A stretch of 64,000 nt of DNA, taken from positions 800,001-864,000 of the forward strand of contig CAWGYA010000008.1 of the NCBI GenBank assembly GCA_963826715.1, in the 5' to 3' direction. The DNA comes from Candidatus Bathyarchaeota archaeon. Its GTDB lineage: Archaea > Thermoproteota > Bathyarchaeia > Bathyarchaeales > Bathycorpusculaceae. The notes beneath the pieces were generated by a model, which did no database searches, was not told the origin of the DNA, and was given only the letters and a program-made list of their open reading frames with translations. Below are positions 40,599 through 51,269 of this stretch, one piece after another. The position numbers were made by a program, and so were the translations under genes. Numbering within the stretch: position 1 is the first letter of the stretch; each line of letters begins with the position of its first letter.

Positions 40599-40870
40599 AT
40601 GGCAACAAAAACAATATCAATCACAGAAGAAGCGTAAAAAGCCTTAAAAGATAATGAAGCTTCACTCAAGTAATTCTTAGAATAACCAAAACAATAGGTA
40701 AACTCACTGGGTCCTTCGGTAAATGGATAATGACAGATCAAGAAGAACAAACCATGCTGAGTGAACTATCTGAAGGCTGGCACACGACTCAGGAGAGACT
40801 CTCCAGTGAATACCTTGACGCTGACCTTTTCATTGCACTTCTTAGAGGAAGAAAGACGCAAACAAAACAG
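40599..40870 (+). pseudogene. Decayed vapB-type antitoxin plus vapC (PIN) 5' remnant
   Basis: MATKTISITEEA*KALK..SFTQVILRITK..GKW (in-frame stop); followed by YLDADL..IALLRG, resembling a PIN N-terminus. Confidence 0.65.
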
Positions 40871-40889
40871 AAGAAATAGAGGACGAATT

Positions 40890-41862
40890 CTAAACTCCAT
40901 GAGCAAGGAAGTCCGCTGTTTGCTGTACAGCCTTTTGGCTGTTTAGTGTTGGGTTCCATCCCGTTGCCATAATTTTTTGGCTATCCAGGAGCATGATTTT
41001 TACATCGCCAACCCAGCCTCTGCCACCATCTACTCCGCCTGTTAATACAAGATCTACATGCTCTATTCCCATAGCTGAAATAACAGATTCAGCAATATTC
41101 CTCACGTTAATTTTATCTTCTGAACCAACATTAAAGATTTCAACTTGCTCACTTGAAACTGTACTGCCATGTATCAACGCAGATATACAATCTTTGACAT
41201 GAAGGTAGGATTTTGTTTGTGTGCCATCTCCCAGAATTTCAAGCCTGCGCGGGGTTGCTCGGAGTTTTTGGACAAAATCATAGATTACTCCATGACTGCT
41301 TCTTGGTCCTATGATATTGGCTAAGCGGTAGAGTGTTGCCTTAAACCCATAATTATATGCGTACGCTGAAATTAGACGCTTCGCAGGCAAGCTTTGTAGC
41401 AGCATAAATCGATATTGGTTTGAGTGGTGCATAATTTTCAGGGGTCGGAATCACTGTGGGTTCCCCATAGACTGCGGAGGTGGAGGTAAAGATCAACTGG
41501 GGGGTGGTGTGGCTTTTTCGTATGTATTCAAGTAAGTTGTAGGTTGCTACTACGTTTTGGTTGTAGTGGGTCTCTGGGTTTGTTGAGCTAACTCTAACCT
41601 CAGGGTTAGCTGCTAAATGATAAATAAAATCAAACTCTCTACCATCCAGCGGCAACAACGGATTGGTTAAATCAAAGTTTAGAAAACAAAAATTAGGATT
41701 ATTTTCCCACTGTTTTAGATTAGAAAGTCTACCAGCACTCAAATTATCCAAAACACAAACTTCAAAACCTAAGACCATCAACACATCAACTAAATGACTG
41801 CCGATGAAACCAGCACCACCAGTTACGAGCACTTTGCTTTTTGCCAAGTAATAATCCACCAC
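40890..41862 (-). CDS. NAD-dependent epimerase/dehydratase (apparent +1 frameshift at ~41376)
   Basis: VTGGAGFIGSH, HLAANP, YAATK, RLANIIG, GDGTQTKSY; removing one base restores CEALISAY. Confidence 0.88.
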
Positions 41863-42374
41863 AATTAAACTAAATGGTCGGCTGAACTTATTTTAGCATT
41901 ACGAATTTAAAATTACCAACCAGTCGGTTTCATGCCTGCAAGAATTTGGGCTTTAAAGGCATAGTCACCATCTTGATTGCTCAAAATTTCATAAAAAATT
42001 TCCTCATCCATACTTCTCCCTCATATTCTCCTAATTTGATTGTTTGAAGCCTCTCCTTTCTCCTCAATTAAGAAAATGCATTTTTCTCCATATATAGGAT
42101 ATTTCGAAAATCGGAATATGTCAATATTGAACGAATAAAACCAAAATCATAAAGATCCAGAAAATACAAACTTTGTGAACAAAGTTAGTCTCGGATCCCC
42201 TTCTTTAATCGTTACCGATTCCACTTGAAGTTGCGCCAAACTCACTGAGGTTTACATACAACAGTCTTTTCAAACTTCGCAGGCTATGAGATTTTTAAAA
42301 GTTATGGATCGTAAACTCGATTTGCTGAAAGAACCATGCATGTTCTCAAAAATTAAGACCGCTAAGTCCATAGC

Positions 42375-42778
42375 TTAACAGATGGTGCAAGCAATGTTTT
42401 CTTTATGAATTTTCGATTTAGTCTCTATTGCCATGTTTGATTGTAGATGGTTTTTGTCAATAGTCACCATATTTCTGCAGATTAGGCTGAGTGATTCTGA
42501 GGTATAGCTTAAGGCGTTTTTTCCATCTTCAGTTAATTCATAAATTTTTTTGGGCCTTTCTGAGTTCATGTGCCATGTGCTTTTTAGTAACCCTTTTTTC
42601 TCCAAATTTGCAAGGAGAGGATAAACTGTGCTTGGACCAAAATAGATTCCATAATCTTTTCGAATTTTGGTGATGAGTTGGTATCCATGCATTGATTCTT
42701 GGTCAAGATATTGAAAATTATGATGTCTAGGACGCCTTTGGTGAGTTTTGTTTGAATTATTTTTTGATTATTGTTCAT
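42375..42778 (-). CDS. PadR-family transcriptional regulator (apparent -1 frameshift at ~42713)
   Basis: KLTKGVLDII + QYLDQESMHGYQLI..GPSTVYPLL..LEKKG..RPKKIYELTEDG. Confidence 0.85.
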
Positions 42779-42807
42779 TTTTTTTTCTCCCTTCATTTAT
42801 CATAAAC

Positions 42808-42838
42808 CAGAAACATATCGTAAGACGAAATATTTCTG
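42808..42838. promoter_or_regulatory. Imperfect palindrome upstream of padR, putative operator
   Basis: CAGAAACATATCG-taaga-CGAAATATTTCTG (11 of 13 positions paired). Confidence 0.5.
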
Positions 42839-43188
42839 ATATCTTACTTGGGTTAAGCACCAAATAAACTCTCGTACATAACTCAGGCATATCAACCCAC
42901 ACCTGAAAACTCACTAGCTGAACATAACGACACATCACTCCATGAAAGCTAACCTAAAAATTACTTTTTCAAACCTCCAGAACTCAAATTAGCAACTGTA
43001 AAACACATCTACAAAAAACTGGCAAAAACCCATCTTGAATTTGGTGATGGGCTGGGTGATTTTTTCAGCTCCCCTCATTTACATAAAAATATTGTCTCTA
43101 CTTTGATTAAGTGTGGGTGAAAATCAAACAGTCTATAGTTTACATTGGTAGAATTTTTATTTGATGTTTACGCAAGCACAACAAGAAG

Positions 43189-43368
43189 TTATGCTTTAGC
43201 TTTGCATCCTTTGCTGAGATAGCATGATATGCAGTTTTTTTCTTCGCCGGTATTCCAGCAAATTCTAATTGGCGTTCTATTTGAAGTTTCAGAGTCAGCA
43301 GTTGACGGAATAACTATCATTTCTTGTAGCTGTTGTGTCCCTTTTGTTTGACTCTTATAGTTTGACAT
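43189..43368 (-). CDS. Small Cys-rich protein (59 aa), absent from the ORF track
   Basis: MSNYKSQTKG...RICWNTGEEKNCISCYLSKGCKAKA; AT-rich TATA-like sequence just upstream. Confidence 0.5.
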   Translation of the reverse strand: MSNYKSQTKGTQQLQEMIVIPSTADSETSNRTPIRICWNTGEEKNCISCYLSKGCKAKA

Positions 43369-43497
43369 ACAAATTATAGGTTTATATATTCAGATATAAG
43401 TCTTTGCTATTAAGAAACCATACTTAAAATCCGTTTTCCAAAATAACTCCTACCAAAAAATGAACCCCCAATCCACATCTACCAAAACCATTTGAAC

Positions 43498-43830
43498 TTA
43501 TTCTGGCTTTTTACGATAAATATCAACTTTTAGCCCCTTATTTAACTCGTGAGGTAACGAATACTGGCGCCATTCGTGAACTTCATCATTTGCAGGCGAA
43601 TACTCTGTCCCCGAAGCTGTAACTCTAATGCTCCCCGAATTACGCAAAGCTTCCAGGGCAGTATAAACATCTTGATGGCTAAATCCTTCATTACTGAGTT
43701 GTTGATCAAAACTAATTGAGCCTGACCCATAAGTTAAGGTGCTTAGAATAATTGCCCTTAAATCCTCTAAACGACTTTCCTCTTTGCTTTCATTTCCTGC
43801 CGAGGGTACAACCATTTTGTTATCCAGCAA
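43498..43830 (-). CDS. Hypothetical protein, possible winged helix
   Basis: ILSTL...DVYTALEALRNSGSIRV pattern. Confidence 0.45.
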   Translation of the reverse strand: MLDNKMVVPSAGNESKEESRLEDLRAIILSTLTYGSGSISFDQQLSNEGFSHQDVYTALEALRNSGSIRVTASGTEYSPANDEVHEWRQYSLPHELNKGLKVDIYRKKPE

Positions 43831-44141
43831 TAAACTAGAAACTGTCTGCTAGAGTACTAATCCCTTTCTCCCTTCTATGCAAGATTCCAACAACTGAGAT
43901 TTCATCTCCTGAATAAAACACTTAATGAGGCTGATCCAGCCCTTCTTTGGCCGGCAAAAACTTTTCTCTTATCTATTTTTCCATTTAATTATTTCTATCC
44001 TGCTTAGATTTCACAAAACAAAGCCGTTGAACGAATAACAACAACACAATATGTGCTGATGGTAATTGCCCGATCACTCATTCACAAGATAGCGAATATT
44101 GCCACATTCAAACATCAGTAGCGCACAGGGCACTTGTTTAC

Positions 44142-44474
44142 TTAACGCCAATTACATTTCAATTTGGAAATAGCAACACTTCTACAATATTTTTCGTTAA
44201 ACATATCTATAATCTGTTTTTGCCTTTCCATAAAATCTAAACCCCTTTCTGTAGATTTATAAACTGTTTTTCCAGTATCCTCAACTTTTGAAAGGAGATT
44301 GTAATTTAGTAGAAATCCAATATACTCATTTAATTGGCTGAAACTAAGGTTAGCTTTAAACATAATATGTGTCTTGGACGAACCTTTATTGGCTATCTCA
44401 ATAATTTCTGTCATGATAACAAGTTTATCGCGTCTTTTCGACTTGATACCCATTAATTCTAAAGTCATAGTCAT
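44142..44474 (-). CDS. Archaeal winged-helix (HTH_45-like) transcription regulator
   Basis: RRDKLVIMTEII, KTHIMFKANLSF, YKSTERG. Confidence 0.85.
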   Translation of the reverse strand: MTMTLELMGIKSKRRDKLVIMTEIIEIANKGSSKTHIMFKANLSFSQLNEYIGFLLNYNLLSKVEDTGKTVYKSTERGLDFMERQKQIIDMFNEKYCRSVAISKLKCNWR

Positions 44475-44589
44475 ACTCTTCTAGATGTTTTATCCATACG
44501 TAAAACAAAGATTTCTTGTTATAAGTCATGTTTCAACCGTCTTATTGTATCAGATTCAGTAATATCAAAAAGTTAAAAAAAAATAGACC

Positions 44590-45408
44590 CTAACAGGTTC
44601 CTGCCAGTTTATCTACTATACTCTGGAAGATGAGTTTCCCGTCCCCATACTTCAATAGCTGGCTTTCTCGAGTCCAATCTGGTTGCTGCCACCAATACAT
44701 CGCCCTTTCAGGATGAGGCATCAAGCCAAAAATGTTACCCTCAGGGTTGCAGATACCTGCAATGTCATAGAAGCTGCCGTTAGGATTAGCGGGGTATTTG
44801 CCGTCAGCGATTTCACCGTCTTTACTGCAGTAACGCAAAACCAGCATATCCTCGTCAATTAGTTTTTTAAGCAAAGCCTCTTCTTGCTCTTTGGGAAACA
44901 GCAACCGCCCCTCACCGTGAGCTATGGGCAAGCGGATGGTTTTGCCCAAAGGAATCTTGCTTGTGAAGGCACATCTGCCACGGTTCTCTTGCTTCAAGTA
45001 AACCCATTTACACTTGAAACCTGCCGGTTCATTGGTGGTCAAGGTGGCTTCAGGGTAGGCGCTGATTCCGCTGAAACCAGGTAGCAATCCATACTCAACT
45101 AATATTTGAAAGCCGTTGCATATGCCCAAAACTGGTCTACCCTCGTCCACGAACATCTCGATTTCCTTGCCTATGTTCGCGGCGAGGTGCCGAGCAAAGA
45201 TAACACCCGAGCGGACATAGTCACCATAAGAGAAGCCTCCGGGGAGCACGAGCACGTTATAGTCCAGCAGGTTGTGGCGTTTGATGAGTTCACTGACTTG
45301 CAGAGTTTCCGCTTGTACACCCATTTTGGTAAAGGCGCGTTTGGTTTCAGCATCGCAATTGGTTCCACCGACACGGAGCACACAAACTTTAATGTCTTCA
45401 ATTTTCAT
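44590..45408 (-). CDS. purQ: FGAM synthase glutaminase subunit PurQ
   Basis: GTNCD, PGGFSYGDY, LGICNGFQ, AHGEG, NPNGS, MPHPER. Confidence 0.97.
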   Translation of the reverse strand: MKIEDIKVCVLRVGGTNCDAETKRAFTKMGVQAETLQVSELIKRHNLLDYNVLVLPGGFSYGDYVRSGVIFARHLAANIGKEIEMFVDEGRPVLGICNGFQILVEYGLLPGFSGISAYPEATLTTNEPAGFKCKWVYLKQENRGRCAFTSKIPLGKTIRLPIAHGEGRLLFPKEQEEALLKKLIDEDMLVLRYCSKDGEIADGKYPANPNGSFYDIAGICNPEGNIFGLMPHPERAMYWWQQPDWTRESQLLKYGDGKLIFQSIVDKLAGTC

Positions 45409-47792
45409 TGAGTAGTCTCCTCAGCGTTAAGGGTTTTCTTCCAGCTGTGTCGCAGCTTATTCAGCTCAGCGTCAACAACAACTTTACCCTTTAATCCTTT
45501 GATTTTGAGTCTCTCTTCTTTCACAACTTTGCCGATTAAGACACAGCTTTTGCCATGCATAAACTCCTCAAAATCAGGTCTATTCGATTCTGCCACCTCT
45601 ATTAGAAATCGACTGTTTGACTCTGAAAAAAGCACAAAATCATCCCTCTCCACATCCCTTCGTGGCACCTGCGCAAGATCAAGTTCTAAACCTAAACCAC
45701 CTGCAAACGCCATCTCTGCTGCCGCCACAGCCAACCCGCCCTCCGATATGTCATGACACGATTTCACAAAACCCAAGTCGATGGCTTTAGTCACTGCTTT
45801 AAACGTACGCTTGGCTTTGCCACCCCGAACTTTAGGAACAGATGCACCAAGATAACCCTGAAGTTTGTAATACTCTGAGCCACCCAATTCAGGGTGGGTT
45901 TCCCCGATGATGTAGAGCAAATTACCTGCTGCTTTGAGATCCATTGAAGTGGTGACTTCAACATTTGGCAAAACACCAACTGCAGTAACAAGCAATGTTG
46001 GCGTGACAGATCCAAGTGGCGATTCATTGTAGAGGCTATCTTTGCCAGAAATAAACGGCGCCTTAAACAAAACTGAGAAATCATAACATGCTTCGCAAGC
46101 GCGTACAAGCGAACCCAATCGCTCTGGCTTCTCCGGATTGCCCCATGTGAAATTATCAAGTAGCGCGACTCTACGTCCGCCAACAGCAACATTGTTGCGT
46201 ATGGCTTCATCTATTGCTGAAGCCGCCATCCAGTAAGCATCAATTTTACCATAGTTGGGGTTCATACCACAACTAATCGCCAAACCTTTAACAGAATCAT
46301 CGACGGGTTTGAGCACTGCAGCATCGTTGGGACCTGCATAGTCACCTTGTAGCGGTTTGAGGGTTGTGTTGCCTTTAACTTCATGGTCATAGGTGCGAAT
46401 AACGCTTTCTTTACTTGCAATGTTTGGCGCCGCAAGAAGTTTAAGCAAGGTGTCTGTGAGGTTTTCAGGCTCTGCGATTTCTGGTTCAGTAAGTTTAGGG
46501 TTTTCGATAACTGCGACTTTGCTGCTTTCACAGGGGTTAAACATGAATTCCATATCGATGTCCGCAACAACTTCCTCGTTATAGGTTAGCTGTAAACGTC
46601 TCTCCAAGATTAGCTTGCCAATTGCAGTGGCTGTCACGTCTTCTTTTTCGAAAATCGCCATAACTTGCTCCAAATTTTCAGGCGGGACCGCCATGAGCAT
46701 GCGTTCTTGCGATTCGGAGAGGTAAATTTCCCATGGGGAGAGCCCTTTATACTTCAACGGCACTTTAGCTAAATCCACCCTGATGCCGCAATTAAAGCGC
46801 TCGCCCGTTTCACCGACTGCTGAGGATAACCCTCCGCCACCGATATCAGTTATGGCAGAGCCCAACTGCAGGTCTCGAATTTCTACGACAGTGCGCTTGA
46901 CTTTTTCTTCCTCGATTGGATCTGCGATTTGAACAGCGGGTCTTGAGATTTCTTCGGATTTCTCGGTGAGTTCAGCTGAGGCGAAAGTTACGCCGTGGAT
47001 GCCGTCTCTACCTGTTTTGCCGCCTGAGAGCACAATGATATCTCCGACTTTGGCGTTTTTCTTGTACTTGCTGAGCGGCAGAAGCCCAATGCACCCGCAG
47101 TAAACGATAACGTTGCCTGTGTAGCTGTCATCAAAGTATATGGCGCCGTTAACAGTGGGGATGCCCATGTTGTTGCCATAAGCGCTAATGCCCGCGGTAA
47201 CGCCCATGTACACATACTTGGGATGTTTAATTCCTACAGGAAGTTTGTTGTAATCATAATCGAGTGGGCCAAAACCCAAAACATCAGTGCATGCAATAGG
47301 ATCCGCCCATACACCCAAGATATCTCGGATAACTCCACCTACGCCTGTTGCTGCACCACCAAAAGGCTCAACAGCAGATGGATGATTATGAGTTTCCACT
47401 TTAGCTGCAATCCCATAGCCCCTGTCGAATTTGACTATTCCAGCGTTGTCTTCAAAGACGCTCACGCACCATGGTGCCTTGATTTGCTTGGTGGCTTTGG
47501 CTATGTATGTTTTAAAAAGGCTCTGGATTGTTTTGTCGCCGATCTGGATTTTGCCTTTGAAGGTTTTGTGACAACAATGTTCACTCCAACTCTGGCTGAT
47601 AGTCTGCAACTCCACATCGGTGGGGCTGCGGTTTTCACTTCGAAAATAAGCTTGAATTTCTTTCAGTTCTTCTGGACTGAAGCCTAAAGCGAGTTCATTG
47701 TTGATTTCGCTGAGTTGCTCTTGGGTGGCGTTTGCCGTAGCAATCTCCATTACTTTGCTGGGTTTGCGTTGGGTGATGAGGTCCGCGATCAT
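45405..47792 (-). CDS. purL: FGAM synthase subunit PurL
   Basis: WSEHCCHK, ETHNHPSAVEPFGGAATGVGG, SESQERM, GKDSLYN. Confidence 0.97.
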   Translation of the reverse strand: MIADLITQRKPSKVMEIATANATQEQLSEINNELALGFSPEELKEIQAYFRSENRSPTDVELQTISQSWSEHCCHKTFKGKIQIGDKTIQSLFKTYIAKATKQIKAPWCVSVFEDNAGIVKFDRGYGIAAKVETHNHPSAVEPFGGAATGVGGVIRDILGVWADPIACTDVLGFGPLDYDYNKLPVGIKHPKYVYMGVTAGISAYGNNMGIPTVNGAIYFDDSYTGNVIVYCGCIGLLPLSKYKKNAKVGDIIVLSGGKTGRDGIHGVTFASAELTEKSEEISRPAVQIADPIEEEKVKRTVVEIRDLQLGSAITDIGGGGLSSAVGETGERFNCGIRVDLAKVPLKYKGLSPWEIYLSESQERMLMAVPPENLEQVMAIFEKEDVTATAIGKLILERRLQLTYNEEVVADIDMEFMFNPCESSKVAVIENPKLTEPEIAEPENLTDTLLKLLAAPNIASKESVIRTYDHEVKGNTTLKPLQGDYAGPNDAAVLKPVDDSVKGLAISCGMNPNYGKIDAYWMAASAIDEAIRNNVAVGGRRVALLDNFTWGNPEKPERLGSLVRACEACYDFSVLFKAPFISGKDSLYNESPLGSVTPTLLVTAVGVLPNVEVTTSMDLKAAGNLLYIIGETHPELGGSEYYKLQGYLGASVPKVRGGKAKRTFKAVTKAIDLGFVKSCHDISEGGLAVAAAEMAFAGGLGLELDLAQVPRRDVERDDFVLFSESNSRFLIEVAESNRPDFEEFMHGKSCVLIGKVVKEERLKIKGLKGKVVVDAELNKLRHSWKKTLNAEETTQ

Positions 47793-48040
47793 TGTTGTTC
47801 AGCGACGCTTATGCTGTAGTTGTCTTTTGTTGGGTTTGCAAGGAGCCTTTTACTCATTTCCTCAGCCTTTGTTTCCGCTTCAGAAATTGAGTTGGCTTCC
47901 AAAAATACGGTGTAAACTTTGCTAACGTCTACGGCTTCTACTTTGTAGCCGAGTTCTACGAGGAGTCGCTGGGTGGTTTCGCCTTCCGGATTGCTATGTC
48001 CGGGTTTGAGGCTGACTTCGATTTTGGCAGCGAATTTCAT
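47789..48040 (-). CDS. purS: FGAM synthase subunit PurS
   Basis: LKPG..NPEG, LLANP; directly upstream of purL. Confidence 0.95.
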   Translation of the reverse strand: MKFAAKIEVSLKPGHSNPEGETTQRLLVELGYKVEAVDVSKVYTVFLEANSISEAETKAEEMSKRLLANPTKDNYSISVAEQQ

Positions 48041-48098
48041 AAGCTTTTAAATTAAGCTATTGAGATTTAAACGCTTTCGTTACAAACAATGCAAAACT

Positions 48099-49186
48099 CT
48101 ACGACAGAATCATCCGTTTCTCTGCGTATTTAATTTCGACAACGCGTTCTTTGTCTGTAACTTTGCCGATCCGCTCTGGCTCCATACCCGCTTGACTTAG
48201 AATATCTAATCGCCTTATCAACGTCGAGTTTCGTCAACAATAATACCAAAACCCCAGCCCATGTTAAAGGTCTTGAACATTTCCTCATCAGTAATTGTGT
48301 ATCCGAGCTCTGATGCAGTTCGTTGGATCACACTAAAGATGGGTTGTGGCTTGAAATTCGTCAAACAAAAAGCCAATGCCCGGCGAATATGCTAGCCAAC
48401 ATTGTTGAATTTCATATAAGAGTCGCCTGTTATATGCACAGCTGCTTTCACTTTAATTTCACGAGCCAGTTTTAGAAATGGCTTTACGTAGATTTTGGTT
48501 GGTTCAAGTGCTTCAAGCACAACTTCTCTCTCCAAACCTTCTGGAATATCATTAGGCTCATATTTACCTCCCCACTTCTTGAAGAGGATTTTTCTAGCCA
48601 TGGTAATGCCGTTACTGTGCAACCCGCTACTAGCTAACCCGATGATTTGGTCACCCGGTTTGACGCCCTTGCCCGTTATGATGTTTTGGCGCTCAACTTT
48701 GCCCACGCATGAGGCAACCATGTCAAAACCCGAGTAGGGTGTAATGCCCTTGATGATTTCTGCAACGTCTCCTGTTTCACCGTTCACAATTGGACACTCG
48801 GATTCCTCTGCGCCCGAGATTAAGCCATTTAGCCACGCTTTGACAAGGTTGGGTTCACTGGCTACTGCGTGAATGTTATCTGCAAGGGCAAGCGGTTTAG
48901 CGCCGGAGCGAATAACATCATTTACAACCATAGCTATCGCGTCTATACCGATTGTGTCGTGTTTTTTTGCAAGTTCCGCGATTAAGACTTTGGTGCCGAC
49001 ACCTTCGATTTGAAGGTCCAAAAACGTGTCTTCGTCAACTGGGAAAATGTTGCCAAAGGGCAAGTGCATGATGCCACCAAAACCAATATGCTTGTATGTT
49101 TCTTTGAGGGTTGAGAGCGCTTTTTTGGATTCATGGCGTTGTGATCGGTTGACGCCAGCATCAGTGTAAGTATAGTTTTTAGGCAT
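48099..49186 (-). CDS. purM: AIR synthase PurM (about five apparent single-base insertions in the 3' part)
   Basis: YTDAGV, EGVGTK, GETG, SSGLHSNG, HITG; downstream frames give EEMFKTFNMGWGF and a TAG at 48099 (~360 aa). Confidence 0.9.
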
Positions 49187-49334
49187 CGCTATTTCTCCTT
49201 GCACTCTAAAAGTGTAGAATGCTCTCTGATAATTATTTTGTTTTTATACTCAAATGTTTGATGATTAGATGAGTTCGCCATAATCATAATCCAATAGGGC
49301 AATGTTTTAGTGTATAAAACCCGCACAGTAGGCT

Positions 49335-50190
49335 TTGATTAACTTGCCTAATCCCAAGTACCACATCTACATTGAATATAGTGAGCCTGACAAGTCTGGC
49401 ATTCGATTCAACGTTCCCCATTCAGAACTAATTGGGGCATTCTCAGAATCTTTTGTCAACGGCGAACCCTTCTGGTTTATGGGACGCCTCCTAAACCCAA
49501 TCAAAGTCACCAAAGTCATTATCTTTTGGTCATACGAAACAGCCGACCAACTGCGTTTACCAAACCATGAAAATCTAATATCAGCTAAAGACAAAAAATA
49601 CGTCATCGACAACGTCCTAAAAGGTAGAGTTAAAGGCGTTTACCTCTGCACCGAAGAATTTGTCGATGTGGCCCAAAAAAACTCCGTGTCAACTCCACAA
49701 CACTCAGAGCGCAGCTTTAACTCCAAAAGGCACTCCACGACGAATAATCGTAGTTTCCGGAACAGATGAAACAATGAAACCCACCATTACTGCAGCTTTG
49801 AAAAAACTCGGTCTCGCTTCGATAGTAATGAGCGAAGAACCTAGCCAAGGTAAAAAAATTGTCGACCGCTTCGCAGAATATAATGATGTAGGATTTGCTG
49901 TGGTCTTGCTTTCACCTGATGTTTACGTCTACCCAAAGGGTGAAGAAGCTACAAAACGCAAACGCATCCCAAAACAAGACGTGACATTAATGTTTGGATT
50001 CCTATTAGGTAAACTTGGGAAAAATAATGTGCTTGCTTTCTATAAGGAAACCCCAAACTTCGTATTTCCAATAGAGTTTGAAGGTGTAAAATTTACGGCT
50101 TTAGATGACCGCGACAGCTGGAAGCTTACTCTCATTCGTGAACTCACCAGTTGCGGCTATATCGTTGATGCTGAGCGACTTCTAAGATAA
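49335..50190 (+). CDS. Nucleotide-binding TIR-like domain protein (CAP12/Pycsar-type TIR; apparent +1 frameshift at ~49700)
   Basis: LKKLGL..EEPSQGKKIVDRF..DVGFAVVLLSPD..GFLLGKLGK matches this TIR-like family; two ORFs overlap in a linker. Confidence 0.75.
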
Positions 50191-50473
50191 GATCTAAAAA
50201 CTTACAACAGTCAATCCATCACGATTTTTTCTTTAGATAATGTCTCCTGTTATCAGGAAGCCGTTTTTACTGAGGATACTTTCGGAGTCAAGATTTGTTT
50301 TCGGTTGTTGACCTGTTTTTAATGTTAAATGCAAATAGCTTACCAAAAGGGACTCTTAGGGCAGCCAAATGAGCTGGTAATTGGACAGGCTACGTAAACT
50401 ATCAGGCATCGCCTACCTGGTTGAGGGTGACATAATCCTAAAATAACTCCCTGAAGGTTTCTGATAGGAGTGC

Positions 50474-50546
50474 GCGGTTGTAGTCTAGCTCGGTAGGACT
50501 CCAGCTTCCCAAGCTGGCTACCCGGGTTCAAATCCCGGCAACCGCA
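50474..50546 (+). tRNA. tRNA-Gly (CCC)
   Basis: Acceptor stem GCGGTTG/CAACCGC, anticodon arm CCAGC-TTCCCAA-GCTGG, T arm CCGGG-TTCAAAT-CCCGG; no intron; CCA not encoded. Confidence 0.95.
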
Positions 50547-50851
50547 TTTTAACCTCACCATAATTCAGGTTTGAATCCCAGCGGGTTTACCATAATTTCC
50601 CGTGCTAATGTATACTTGCTCGAGTATCCCTTATTAGAGGGAAAAATAATTGCCGACAACCCTTTTTCAATGCTTTATTATGAGAGACAAGTTTGAATGC
50701 TTCTTCCAAAGTTAAATTGTTACGTTGTAAATGTCTATACTATACGGAATTTTCCTTCTGGTGCTCGTGGGAAGTGTTGGTCTTTTGCACTATTTATTGT
50801 TTAGCAATTCTTATATCTGCGTAAACCTATAATTTTTTAGGAGATTTTTTA

Positions 50852-51268
50852 ATGGTTGAAAAGCCTAAAGAAATTCTTTTAAAGCCAACTCTGAAAAAAT
50901 ACCTCATAACATGGAGTCTCGATCTTGATCGAACAGAACTCGACAAGATCTCGCAGCATCCAGATGTTCTGAACAAAGGCTTAAAGTACATAAGAAGCAC
51001 CACAAGAAGAAACCCAATTAGCATCTACCGAATAGGCTCACTGGAGGAAATTTCTCATTTTGTTCATACTAACCGCTTAAGCTCAGCTAAGTCAGCTCAT
51101 CCTCACGGCATCGCAATTGCTGAAGCAACATCTATCGAAGAAGCAAAAAAAATGGTTGATCTGCTAGTTGAAGGTCTAGGATTTGGTTTCGGCTCATTTC
51201 CAGTGAAAAACTATCTTGAATATGATATAAACCCATTAATCGAAGTCTCAGCAGAAGGGAGGCAATAA
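50852..51268 (+). CDS. Hypothetical protein, first gene of the Gly-rich operon
   Basis: 138-aa ORF, AGGAGA SD, ends 1 nt before the next gene. Confidence 0.65.
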   Translation: MVEKPKEILLKPTLKKYLITWSLDLDRTELDKISQHPDVLNKGLKYIRSTTRRNPISIYRIGSLEEISHFVHTNRLSSAKSAHPHGIAIAEATSIEEAKKMVDLLVEGLGFGFGSFPVKNYLEYDINPLIEVSAEGRQ

Positions 51269-51269
51269 T

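Noticed and set aside
44884-47925. Numerous antisense and alternate-frame ORFs over purQ/purL
   Set aside because: Shadow ORFs of well-supported genes in a higher-GC region
49266-49300. GATGAGTTCGCCATAA resembling a fluoride riboswitch
   Set aside because: Lacks the 5' GGCGA pairing strand and the downstream CTGATG pseudoknot element; not upstream of a fluoride exporter
50566-50593. tRNA-like 3' fragment (GGTTTGAATCCCAGCGGGTTTACCA) after tRNA-Gly
   Set aside because: No 5' half or pairing stems; may be an old att scar but cannot be supported
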